The position numbers were made by a program, and so were the translations under genes. Below the pieces are notes generated by a model, which saw only the letters and a list, made by a program, of their open reading frames with translations, ran no database searches and was not told where the DNA came from. Below, in pieces: positions 59,701 through 64,000 of a stretch of 64,000 nucleotides of DNA. Source of the DNA: Scyliorhinus canicula (lineage: Eukaryota); contig NC_052154.1 of the NCBI RefSeq assembly GCF_902713615.1, positions 39,295,017-39,359,016 of the forward strand, written 5' to 3'. Numbering within the stretch: position 1 is the first letter of the stretch; the number at the start of each line of letters is the position of its first letter.

Positions 59701-62283
59701 ACAAATGCACAACTGTAATTCATTTGAAGTTTTTAAACTTTGTTTTAAATTAGTTTTTCATGGGCCATGGGATGTAGGCATCATTGTCAGCATTTGTTGT
59801 CCATCCCTGATTGCCCTTGAACAGAGTGGTTTGCTAGGCCATTTCAGAGGGCAGCACAGAGTCAACCACAATACAGTGGGTCTGGAGTCACATGCAAACC
59901 AGACCAGGTAATGATCGCCGATTTCTTTCTCTAAAGAACATTAGTGAATCGGATGGTTTTTTACAACAATTGATGAAAGTCTCAACAATTGTGACCATGA
60001 AACTATCTTTATAATTCCATATTTATCAACTAAGTTTAAATTCCACCAGCTGCCATGGTGGGTATTGAACCCATGTCCCTAAAACATTAGCCTGGGCCTC
60101 TGGATTTCTCGTCCAGTGGATTACCACTCATTGCATTGTCTCCTCATGCAGTTGCACACACTGGTAGCTATAATTTAATTAAACTAATAATCTTTATTGT
60201 CACAAGTAGGCTTACATTAACACTGCAATGAAGTTACTGTGAAAAGTCCTTAGTCGCCACATTCCGGCACCTGTTCAGGTACACAGAGGGAGAATACAGA
60301 ATGTCCAAATTACCTAATAGCACATCCTTCAGGACTTGTGGGAGGAAACCAGAGCACCCGGAGGAAACCCATGCAGACACAGGGAGAACGTGCAGACTCC
60401 ACACAGGCAGTGACCCAAGCCGGGAATCGAACCTGGGATGCTGCAGCTGTGAAGCAACAGTGCTACCCACTATGCTACTGTGCCTCCCAATTTTCAGTAA
60501 CAGTAAACTTTTAAAAATAAATATTGCCTTTAATAAATGATTAGATCACTCAACAATATAGCACCGTGGGTGTTCCTACAAAAATGGACTATAGCAGTTC
60601 AAAAAGGTGGCTCACACCCACTTTCTCAAGGGCAATTGGAGATGGGCAATAAGTGCTAGTCCAGCAGTAATGCCTGCATTCCATGAATGCATATAAAAAC
60701 ATATATATTCTAGCACTGATTTGCATTGTTAAAATCTGCCACGAGTAAACAGAAATAATAGTATTTCTTTTGAGATAAAATATTTACAATGAAGTGCCAC
60801 AAAGGGTGGAGTGGGGGGAAACGGAGGGGTGCGAAAATAAATTAAAAATGGAAACACTGAATTGAGAGCACACCTCAAAAGAGCAGTGCCTTCAGTTTAT
60901 GACAAAACAGGGGACATGGGTTTGCTTTGGCTATACAAACACTAGGCCTCGCTACTCAGCTTGCCAATGGGATAGAAACCTCTTGCTAAAACCGATAAAA
61001 ATATTTTTTAAAAATCCAGTCAACAATGTACACCACAGTTTGGTTGCGTACAGGAAGATCCAGGCCTATGGTTTCAACGAAGTCCTGAAACATTGCACAA
61101 GACTTTCTTACTCTTGCACTCAATTCCCTTTGCAATAAAGGCCAACATCCCATTAGCCTTCCTCTTAACTTGCTACACCTGCACGTTAATTTTGTGTTTC
61201 ACCTATAAGGACACCCGTTTCGTTATGAACAAACAGTTAATAGCTGGCTGCCATTTAAAAAAGTATCCGGTTATTTATTCTCTTCCCACTTAAGTAAATG
61301 GCCTCATGTCCCCAATTACACTTCGTCTGCCACTTTCTTGCCTTAACTTGCATATAGCCCCATGCAACTTCTTGTATCCTCCTCACAACTTACTTTCCCA
61401 CCTAGATTTGTGATGTTAGCCACTTTCCCACCTAGATGTGTTGTTAGACGAAGTATAATATTTCCAAGTCATTAATATAGATTATAATTAGTTATGGCCC
61501 CAAGCCTGATCCTTGTAGCACCTCGCTAGTTAACCTACTGTTTCCTGTCCTTCAACCCAAACATTTATCTCTGGCAATATGGGGCCTCACGGTAGCATGG
61601 TGGTTAGCATCAATGCTTCACAGCTCCAGGGTCCCAGGTTCGATTCCCGGCTGGGTCACTGTCTGTGTGGAGTCTGCACGTCCTCCCTGTGTGTGCGTGG
61701 GTTTCCTCCGGGTGCTCCGGTTTCCTCCCACAGTCCAAAGATGTGCGGGTTAGGTGGATTGGCTATGCTAAATTGCCCGTAGTGTAAGGTTAATGGGGGG
61801 ATTGTTGGGTTACGGGTATACGGGTTACGTGGTTAAGTAGGGTGATCATTGCTCGGCACAACATCGAGGGCCGAAGGGCCTGTTCTGTGCTGTACTGTTC
61901 TATGTTCTATTCCCCAAATACAATGTGTATGAAGAACCATGCATCATATTTTTCTTGACAATTACACATAAAAGGTTCAACACAATTTACATCTCTGTAT
62001 TAAGAGTGTAATCTGAAAAGGTTTTCAAAACACCAATGTAGACAGTGACATTTTTATTATTAGGACAGGACTCCATACCAACCAGAAATGGTATATTTAA
62101 TCACAACTCGGAATGCCCAAAGAGATTAACTCACATCTTAACCATTTTACCTACTTTGAACACATGATCCACTTCCTCAGCGCAATTAGTAAAGATAATA
62201 GTCTTCTGCAAAATCTCAGAAGTGAAGTCTAACATGGTTAGCAAAAATGATGTCTTCTCACAATCCAGACAAACCTGCACAAC
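1..62283 (-). CDS. TDRD12: TDRD12 (Tudor domain-containing 12, putative RNA helicase); partial multi-exon CDS, 23 exons in window, both ends of the gene outside the window
   Basis: 23 GT-AG exons with matching phases give 1059 open codons. Peptides match vertebrate TDRD12 as recalled (e.g. [80 protein letters not shown]). Confidence 0.95.
241..354 (-). CDS. TDRD12: TDRD12 exon, CS/p23 domain: [38 protein letters not shown]
   Basis: tgtag acceptor, GTAAAA donor, 114 nt, phase 2-2; PxxxWxQ CS-domain motif. Confidence 0.93.
487..541 (-). CDS. TDRD12: TDRD12 linker exon: DIVDVPEDAKNRSTMDHK
   Basis: cacag acceptor, GTTATC donor, 55 nt, phase 1-2; needed to bridge the flanking phases. Confidence 0.75.
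1170..1297 (-). CDS. TDRD12: TDRD12 exon: RLLASTSNRSALYEIANNLKFSLASFQNLYCLQNGAAFCDGNT
   Basis: Strong polypyrimidine tract plus ttcag acceptor, GTATTT donor, 128 nt, phase 2-1. Confidence 0.8.
1492..1589 (-). CDS. TDRD12: TDRD12 exon, ARM-like: VLENILKVLCHLSGRPQSLNLMLSSGLAVTVE
   Basis: gcaag acceptor, GTATGT donor, 98 nt, phase 0-2. Confidence 0.83.
1959..4050 (+). mobile_element. PIF/Harbinger-type transposon remnant carrying a decayed, intron-containing Myb/SANT-like gene
   Basis: From 2213: MAPRRPVPRF...RRDVLFP...WYEVATAVISGSMTRRTDLQCRRKIND (frameshifted). Splice-like GTAAGT near 2727 and cccgcag near 2792; coiled-coil ORF 3159..3647; GC-rich relative to the host intron. Confidence 0.7.
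4130..4337 (+). mobile_element. Gypsy RNase H fragment (old LTR retrotransposon), interrupted by the L1 insertion and resuming about 6343-6930
   Basis: [35 protein letters not shown]/LTR-like segment about 6680-6930. Confidence 0.7.
4356..6342 (-). mobile_element. Internally deleted (non-autonomous) L1-clade LINE with target-site duplication
   Basis: ORF1 C-terminus VKFGMLYPAKLW (5256..5513); ORF2 C-terminal HMFWACPR near 5090; A-rich 3' end; 18-bp direct repeats at 4338-4355 and 6343-6360 (16/18 identical). Confidence 0.8.
7929..8246 (-). mobile_element. HE1-like tRNA-derived V-SINE
   Basis: A/B-box head, V-domain core (cctccacagtccaaag...ggttaggtggatt), CR1-type tail. Confidence 0.85.
8338..8565 (-). 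repeat. 3' LTR of the Gypsy element (about 34 bp shorter than the 5' LTR)
   Basis: Direct repeat of 12776-13037, preceded by the polypurine tract. Confidence 0.9.
12776..13037 (-). repeat. 5' LTR of the Gypsy element
   Basis: Direct repeat of 8338-8565, followed on the minus strand by the PBS. Confidence 0.9.
13394..13469 (-). CDS. TDRD12: TDRD12 exon, ARM-like: RVCEEIEEQDIICHLCTKIQQSSKDK
   Basis: cttag acceptor, GTAAAA donor, 76 nt, phase 2-0. Confidence 0.83.
15307..15496 (-). CDS. TDRD12: TDRD12 exon, ARM-like: VTNAELQESVCVALGILSENRDLSTAIIDADALKHLCHLLKKPIENNVWEAIIGALAALLSSS
   Basis: tttag acceptor, GTATAA donor, 190 nt, phase 1-2; overlaps ORF 15288..15575. Confidence 0.87.
15626..15684 (-). 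CDS. TDRD12: TDRD12 exon, ARM-like: RNLDEIKNEKGICVLVNLLQ
   Basis: tgcag acceptor, GTGAGA donor, 59 nt, phase 2-1; GIxxLVxLL ARM helix-2 motif. Confidence 0.85.
16251..16336. repeat. 18-bp tandem repeat (CTTGGCAGTGTCCACATC, about 4.8 copies) inside an old minus-strand LINE RT fragment
   Basis: Visible periodicity; translates as (TAKDV[G/D])n in ORF 16125..16370. Confidence 0.85.
16860..18216 (+). mobile_element. Old decayed CR1 LINE ORF2, 5' portion (continues at 22845-23660)
   Basis: EN remnants (GVFYRPPN, DFNFPNINW) and RT remnants (SKFADDTK) with stops. Confidence 0.85.
18217..18697 (+). repeat. 131-bp tandem monomers (about 3.7 copies) in the CR1 5'UTR
   Basis: Units start at 18217, 18348, 18479 and 18610; identical as read. 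Confidence 0.95.
18952..19878 (+). CDS. CR1 ORF1p (zinc finger/leucine zipper plus SGNH/GDSL esterase)
   Basis: YSSC..FICGKC, LELELDEL zipper, IGDSIVRG, HIGTND, DGLHLN; ORF open. Confidence 0.9.
   Translation: MSGKAVQYSSCRMFEVRDAVSVPADFICGKCTQLQLLKNRVRDLELELDELRIIREAEGVIDRSFREVVTPKTGDRWVTVRGTGKKQSVQGPPAVVPLSNKYTVLDTCGGDDLPGVSHGVRASGTESVPVAQKGRGERSRTLVIGDSIVRGTDRRFCGSERDSRLVCCLPGARVSDVSDRVFRVLKGEGEQPQVVVHIGTNDIGRKGDKDVRHAFRELGWKLRARTNIVVISGLLPVPRDSEMRNREREQLNTWLQGWCRREGFRFLDNWGSFWGRWDLYRQDGLHLNLRGTNILGGRFVSALWGGLN
19860..22757 (+). pseudogene. CR1 ORF2p (APE endonuclease plus reverse transcriptase) with a single in-frame stop at 21801-21803
   Basis: ORFs 19860..21803 and 21816..22757 are in the same frame; motifs NARSI, SETW, GDFN, SDH, GVPQGSVLGP, FADD. 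Confidence 0.93.
22845..23660 (+). mobile_element. Old decayed CR1 LINE, 3' portion
   Basis: WQMEFNLVKCEVMHLG, LYKTLVR, CR1 3'UTR gggccgaagggcc. Confidence 0.85.
24713..24890 (-). CDS. TDRD12: TDRD12 exon, ARM-like: SSSLRTTTVEELKNMVLQYPADNASESSLSFLCRLLQFLSTKEQADVIVAMTHLAKMQV
   Basis: taaag acceptor, GTAATA donor, 178 nt, phase 1-2. Confidence 0.82.
26520..26735 (-). CDS. TDRD12: TDRD12 exon, end of eTudor plus linker: TAVVCYHVVVQDPSNAGSLKLSECIVSKGQG...ALLGDQNLN
   Basis: tgtag acceptor, GTAAGT donor, 216 nt, phase 1-1. Confidence 0.85.
26877..27222 (+). mobile_element. HE1-like V-SINE
   Basis: Same tripartite structure. Confidence 0.85.
27423..27558 (-). CDS. TDRD12: TDRD12 exon, SN-like part of extra eTudor: AICCSLFGVEPVEENWNPEIKELVFNTFQDKELQVKVIEQNRNDL
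   Basis: tgcag acceptor, GTGAGT donor, 136 nt, phase 0-1; AxxCxLxGV...W motif. Confidence 0.88.
28746..29078 (-). mobile_element. HE1-like V-SINE
   Basis: Same tripartite structure. Confidence 0.85.
29375..30278 (+). mobile_element. Solo-LTR-like insert (about 900 bp)
   Basis: TGT...ACA ends, TATA-like and AATAAA signals, interrupts the CR1 ORF1 remnant; no clear TSD. Confidence 0.45.
31081..32150 (+). mobile_element. Second Harbinger-type Myb/SANT remnant
   Basis: 31352-31565 reads ASKRAVPKFNSDSLEVL...AWEAIAKAIS...QCRKRMND with one stop. Confidence 0.65.
32328..32469 (-). CDS. TDRD12: TDRD12 exon, additional Tudor core: RWRRVEVLSVLYTKRNCTVFFVDFGTCSCVSLNNIQPLVKDVLQLPFQ
   Basis: ttcag acceptor, GTCAGT donor, 142 nt, phase 2-0; WxR...VFFVDFG...LPFQ. 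Confidence 0.9.
33031..35446 (+). mobile_element. Old, internally deleted Gypsy element with short (about 135 bp) diverged LTRs at 33031-33167 and 35315-35446
   Basis: TG..CA direct repeats; decayed RT (DAKDGY*QVKL, FLTTFW, PEEYQ, IVDDLL) and RH remnants. Confidence 0.8.
36233..36352 (-). CDS. TDRD12: TDRD12 exon, additional Tudor: ALCALENEINQRALGKETSISGSYVPAVGDLCLAFCETKK
   Basis: attag acceptor, GTAACT donor, 120 nt, phase 2-2; PxVGDLCLA Tudor signature. Confidence 0.88.
36573..36698 (-). CDS. TDRD12: TDRD12 exon, start of additional extended Tudor: QPLYDKKLEYAILKNDGNYYSVIISEFHSPKQFYVQLVETRE
   Basis: tatag acceptor, GTAAGT donor, 126 nt, phase 2-2; VxxSxxxSPxxFYVQ eTudor signature. Confidence 0.88.
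37992..38290 (-). mobile_element. HE1-like V-SINE
   Basis: Same tripartite structure. Confidence 0.85.
40739..40911 (-). CDS. TDRD12: TDRD12 exon: VHMAKLTDLKTTILEYNIRSEIMNSGFGTDNAEHIEQLKELCRIAGLCLTDEDSPLK
   Basis: Rare GAG acceptor, GTAAGT donor, 173 nt, phase 0-2; overlaps ORF 40735..40929. Confidence 0.9.
42170..42400 (-). mobile_element. Short V-SINE variant with an A-rich tail
   Basis: HE1-like head and core ending in poly(A)-like sequence rather than the CR1 tail. Confidence 0.7.
42719..42811 (-). CDS. TDRD12: TDRD12 exon: VSRFIKQKISNKSLNAKIVLALGNTLWLNTV
   Basis: aacag acceptor, GTGAGT donor, 93 nt, phase 0-0. Confidence 0.93.
43510..44300. mobile_element. Repeat-containing LINE 5'UTR-like remnant (three copies of a ...GAGAAATCCGGAGTGCAGTCTGGGAAG... 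unit) split by a SINE and a solo LTR
   Basis: Unit copies at about 43511, 43604 and 44062. Confidence 0.55.
43677..43910 (-). mobile_element. Solo LTR (234 bp)
   Basis: TG...CA ends, TSD CCTCA/CCTGA, AATAAA on the minus strand. Confidence 0.7.
44660..44742. repeat. Compound microsatellite (GGT)n, poly(G), (GT) about 21
   Basis: Direct inspection. Confidence 0.95.
45158..45368 (-). CDS. TDRD12: TDRD12 exon, Tudor core: RVQLIALSQ...IKYIDIGQTG...[25 protein letters not shown]
   Basis: ttaag acceptor, GTAAGG donor, 211 nt, phase 2-0; overlaps ORF 45071..45352. Confidence 0.95.
46835..47049 (-). CDS. TDRD12: TDRD12 exon, extended Tudor N-part: ITPTCISDATSYYGRII...LYGLEEKTYS
   Basis: cctag acceptor, GTAAAA donor, 215 nt, phase 0-2. 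Confidence 0.92.
47500..48700 (+). mobile_element. Decayed L2-clade LINE 3' fragment
   Basis: Eroded QGxILGxLLF-type RT segment, LHWL/FKIL remnants, tail ctataaatgcaagttgttg. Confidence 0.65.
48849..49036 (+). mobile_element. Penelope-like element terminal remnant (inverted repeat with minimal hammerhead motif)
   Basis: About 55-bp inverted arms (about 48893-48947 and 48979-49033) around CTGAGGA, stem, GAAA. Confidence 0.7.
49950..50245 (+). mobile_element. HE1-like V-SINE
   Basis: Same tripartite structure. Confidence 0.85.
50260..50479. mobile_element. Penelope-like inverted terminal repeat (80-bp arms at 50302-50381 and 50400-50479)
   Basis: Near-perfect inverted repeat with a degenerate hammerhead-like core. 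Confidence 0.7.
50787..50965 (+). mobile_element. Short tRNA-derived SINE with a ...GGCGACTAGGGGCTTTTCACAGTAACTTC... tail; further copies at 58606-58778 (+) and 43916-44032 (-)
   Basis: ggggctggtttagctca head, ggttcaattcc B box, shared tail. Confidence 0.8.
50993..51095 (-). CDS. TDRD12: TDRD12 exon: RENKTCPSRHRLHRDVDKPRCLSGEKKLPASGYVE
   Basis: ttcag acceptor, GTAAAA donor, 103 nt, phase 2-0; completes the CCCH finger. Confidence 0.92.
51558..51901 (+). mobile_element. HE1-like V-SINE (young subfamily)
   Basis: 3' tail nearly identical to the CR1 3' end at 22785-22844. Confidence 0.9.
52988..53190 (-). CDS. TDRD12: TDRD12 exon: [39 protein letters not shown]...LCKYLKAYGIC
   Basis: accag acceptor, GTAAAC donor, 203 nt, phase 0-2. 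Confidence 0.93.
53650..55450 (+). mobile_element. Decayed CR1 LINE ORF2, interrupted by a minus-strand non-LTR 3' fragment (about 53985-54335, Rex1/RTE-like)
   Basis: YLDFQKAFSKMPHKRL and QGSVLRPQL motifs; the insert ends in an AATAAACAAAATCCAAA-type tail. Confidence 0.75.
56173..56312 (-). CDS. TDRD12: TDRD12 exon: [47 protein letters not shown]
   Basis: aacag acceptor, GTACAG donor, 140 nt, phase 1-0; degenerate helicase motifs V/VI. Confidence 0.93.
56386..56730 (-). mobile_element. HE1-like V-SINE
   Basis: Same tripartite structure. Confidence 0.85.
57621..57888 (+). mobile_element. 5'-truncated HE1-like V-SINE
   Basis: Core plus CR1-type tail ending ttctatgttctatg. Confidence 0.85.
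58035..58152 (-). CDS. TDRD12: TDRD12 exon: ALGSNSNFCMKVHEGMSIHVSNVMEQWNKKFNPGTHVIL
   Basis: ctccag acceptor, GTGAGT donor, 118 nt, phase 0-1. Confidence 0.93.
58835..59143 (+). mobile_element. HE1-like V-SINE
   Basis: Same tripartite structure. Confidence 0.85.
60186..60488 (-). mobile_element. V-SINE with the alternative (GGCGACTAAGGACTTTTCACAG...ATT) tail; a related copy lies at 37543-37770 (-)
   Basis: HE1-like head and core joined to the tail of the short SINE family. Confidence 0.8.
61581..61910 (+). mobile_element. HE1-like V-SINE (young subfamily)
   Basis: Nearly identical to 51558-51901; CR1-type tail. Confidence 0.9.
62155..62283 (-). CDS. TDRD12: TDRD12 exon, helicase RecA2 lobe: [43 protein letters not shown]
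   Basis: tttag acceptor, GTAGGT donor, 129 nt, phase 0-0; contains motif IV-like KTIIFTN. Confidence 0.93.
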
Positions 62284-62815
62284 CTAAAGAAGAAATTCCA
62301 TCAACAACTTCTTATTGCAACAATAATTCTCAAAAGTATTCTGCTGTTGAATATACTACAGGTCAGAACAGAAATATGACAAACAAAAAAGGCCAGCTTT
62401 TGTGAAGTTTCATCTGCACTGCCTGAGTTAGGTGACAGGCAAACACTGGGTAGCAGGATGATAATGTCACCAACCCATCAGCTTTCTCACGTCCTGCTGC
62501 AACTTTCTATGACTCTCTTTGGAAAGGGAAACGTATCTTCGTTTTAACCAAGTTACTATGATTGGCAATGCTTACTCAACATAGCAATCCTTTGTAAAAG
62601 GTATGGATATTATCACAGGAATACCCAAAATTAATCAAATCTCTTAAGGCGACAAGAAGCCATATGAAACCACAAAAAGAGCTTGTCAGCATCCAAAATC
62701 ACATGCTTCAAATGCGAAACTAGCATCAGGCTCAATGAAGCTGTTAGATGTAATAATCTTAAAAGCACAATAAATCCAATAGTTACAGGGGAGGAAAGAA
62801 TATCCAATTCTCCCT

Positions 62816-63700
62816 GTTTTGTGGAAGTTTAATTTTAGACAATGATTGACTTGAGGTATTCAGTGTAGAGATTTTCTAAAAACTATTTATTTACACCATT
62901 ACAAGACTTTGTAGTGAGTGCATGGTTTCTGGCTCTCTGGGCCACCTGACCCTTGATGTCATACTTAAGTCATTAATATCATCATAGTCTAATTAAAATA
63001 ACCATTAACCCATTACTTAACATCTTCCCCCAAATATAATCTCAAAAATTTTGGTAAGCTATTTACATTCCAGCTATCTGCCCCAAAATTATAATATCAT
63101 AGGTGCAACCTGTCAGGTGTTTCAACTCTCCCTGATCTTAGCTCGAGGGCTCTTGGTTAGGGTTGCTGGAATATGTTCGATTGGGGTTAGTACACCCGCT
63201 TCCAGAAATTGAACGCAATTTCTGGGAGTGTTTGCAGGAAGGACTGGCTTATCAGCCTCATTTTGATATTATTGGAAGGATTGGCTCCTTGTAAGTCTCT
63301 AGGGCTTTTCTACTGCTTTGTGAAATCCCAGGTGGTTTGTTGACTAGGTATTACCACAGTTAGTGGGTTTGACCATTCCTTGGGTTTGATGGTCTCCGAT
63401 CCAGACTTTATGCCCTGGTTCTAGTGTGAGCAGTGTTCGTGTCCTATGGCAGCAGTTATACCGTTGGGCTGCCTCTCTTGCTGTTTGTTTGGGACACCTT
63501 CCTAAGTCAGTATTGGAGAGTGATGTTGAGTCTAAAGTTGATGATGGAGCGAAGGAAATTGGGTTTTCTGCCTTCTGTCCATCAAATGAACAAGGCCAGC
63601 TCTGGGTCATTGTTCTTTTTCAGGACAGTCTTGATGGTTTTAACCCCTCATTCCGCTTCTTGTGATTGTCAGAAGTCTGACGGCTGCCTTTGTGTTGTAG
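62816..63700 (-). mobile_element. Gypsy-like integrase C-terminal and LTR remnant
   Basis: RYNCCHRTRTLLTLEPGHKVWI; PPT-like GGGGGAAGA followed by TGTT near 63021. Confidence 0.5.
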
Positions 63701-63719
63701 ATGTAAACAATTAAGGCGT

Positions 63720-64000
63720 TTTTGAAATTCTGTGGAAGGATCCTCTGCTCCCATGTGATCTGAAAGAGCTGGGTGAGCTTTCTGAGCAGCTATGATCTAC
63801 CGTATTTATAGATCTCTGCTGGAATTCAATCAGCTCCAGAGGCTTTTTCACTTGATAATTGCTCTACAACTTTTTTGGTTTCCAGCAGTGTGGGTGCAGT
63901 GCCTAGAGCAGGGTTAACCTGGGGCAGTCTAGTTAGAGCTTAGTCATTGGTGTTAGATGGTCTGTTGAGGACGTTATTGAAATGCTCAGCCCATCTCTCC
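63720..64000 (-). mobile_element. RTE-clade LINE fragment
   Basis: Translates ERWAEHFNNVLNRPS...KASGAD*IPAEIYKYG. Confidence 0.75.

Overview
Eukaryotic genomic DNA from a cartilaginous fish, probably a shark (inferred from HE1-type V-SINEs, SacSINE-like elements and CR1/HER1 LINEs). The whole window lies inside one minus-strand gene, TDRD12, a piRNA-pathway Tudor/pseudo-helicase protein. By hand I reconstructed 23 consecutive GT-AG exons (62283 down to 1; 3177 nt, 1059 codons) with matching splice phases and no stop codons. They encode, in order: a degenerate helicase RecA2 lobe, a CCCH zinc finger, an extended Tudor domain, an additional extended Tudor domain, about 5 armadillo-like repeats, and the CS/p23 domain. 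The extra Tudor plus ARM block (12 exons, 508 codons, phase 2 at both ends) has no counterpart in mammalian TDRD12 as I recall it, and is the main finding. The introns are packed with transposons: a near-intact CR1 LINE with 131-bp octamer-bearing 5' monomers, a full-length decayed Gypsy element, an internally deleted L1, Harbinger Myb/SANT remnants, Penelope-type hairpins with hammerhead motifs, and many SINEs. Repeat boundaries are approximate unless a target-site duplication (TSD) is cited. Homology calls are from memory, not from database searches.
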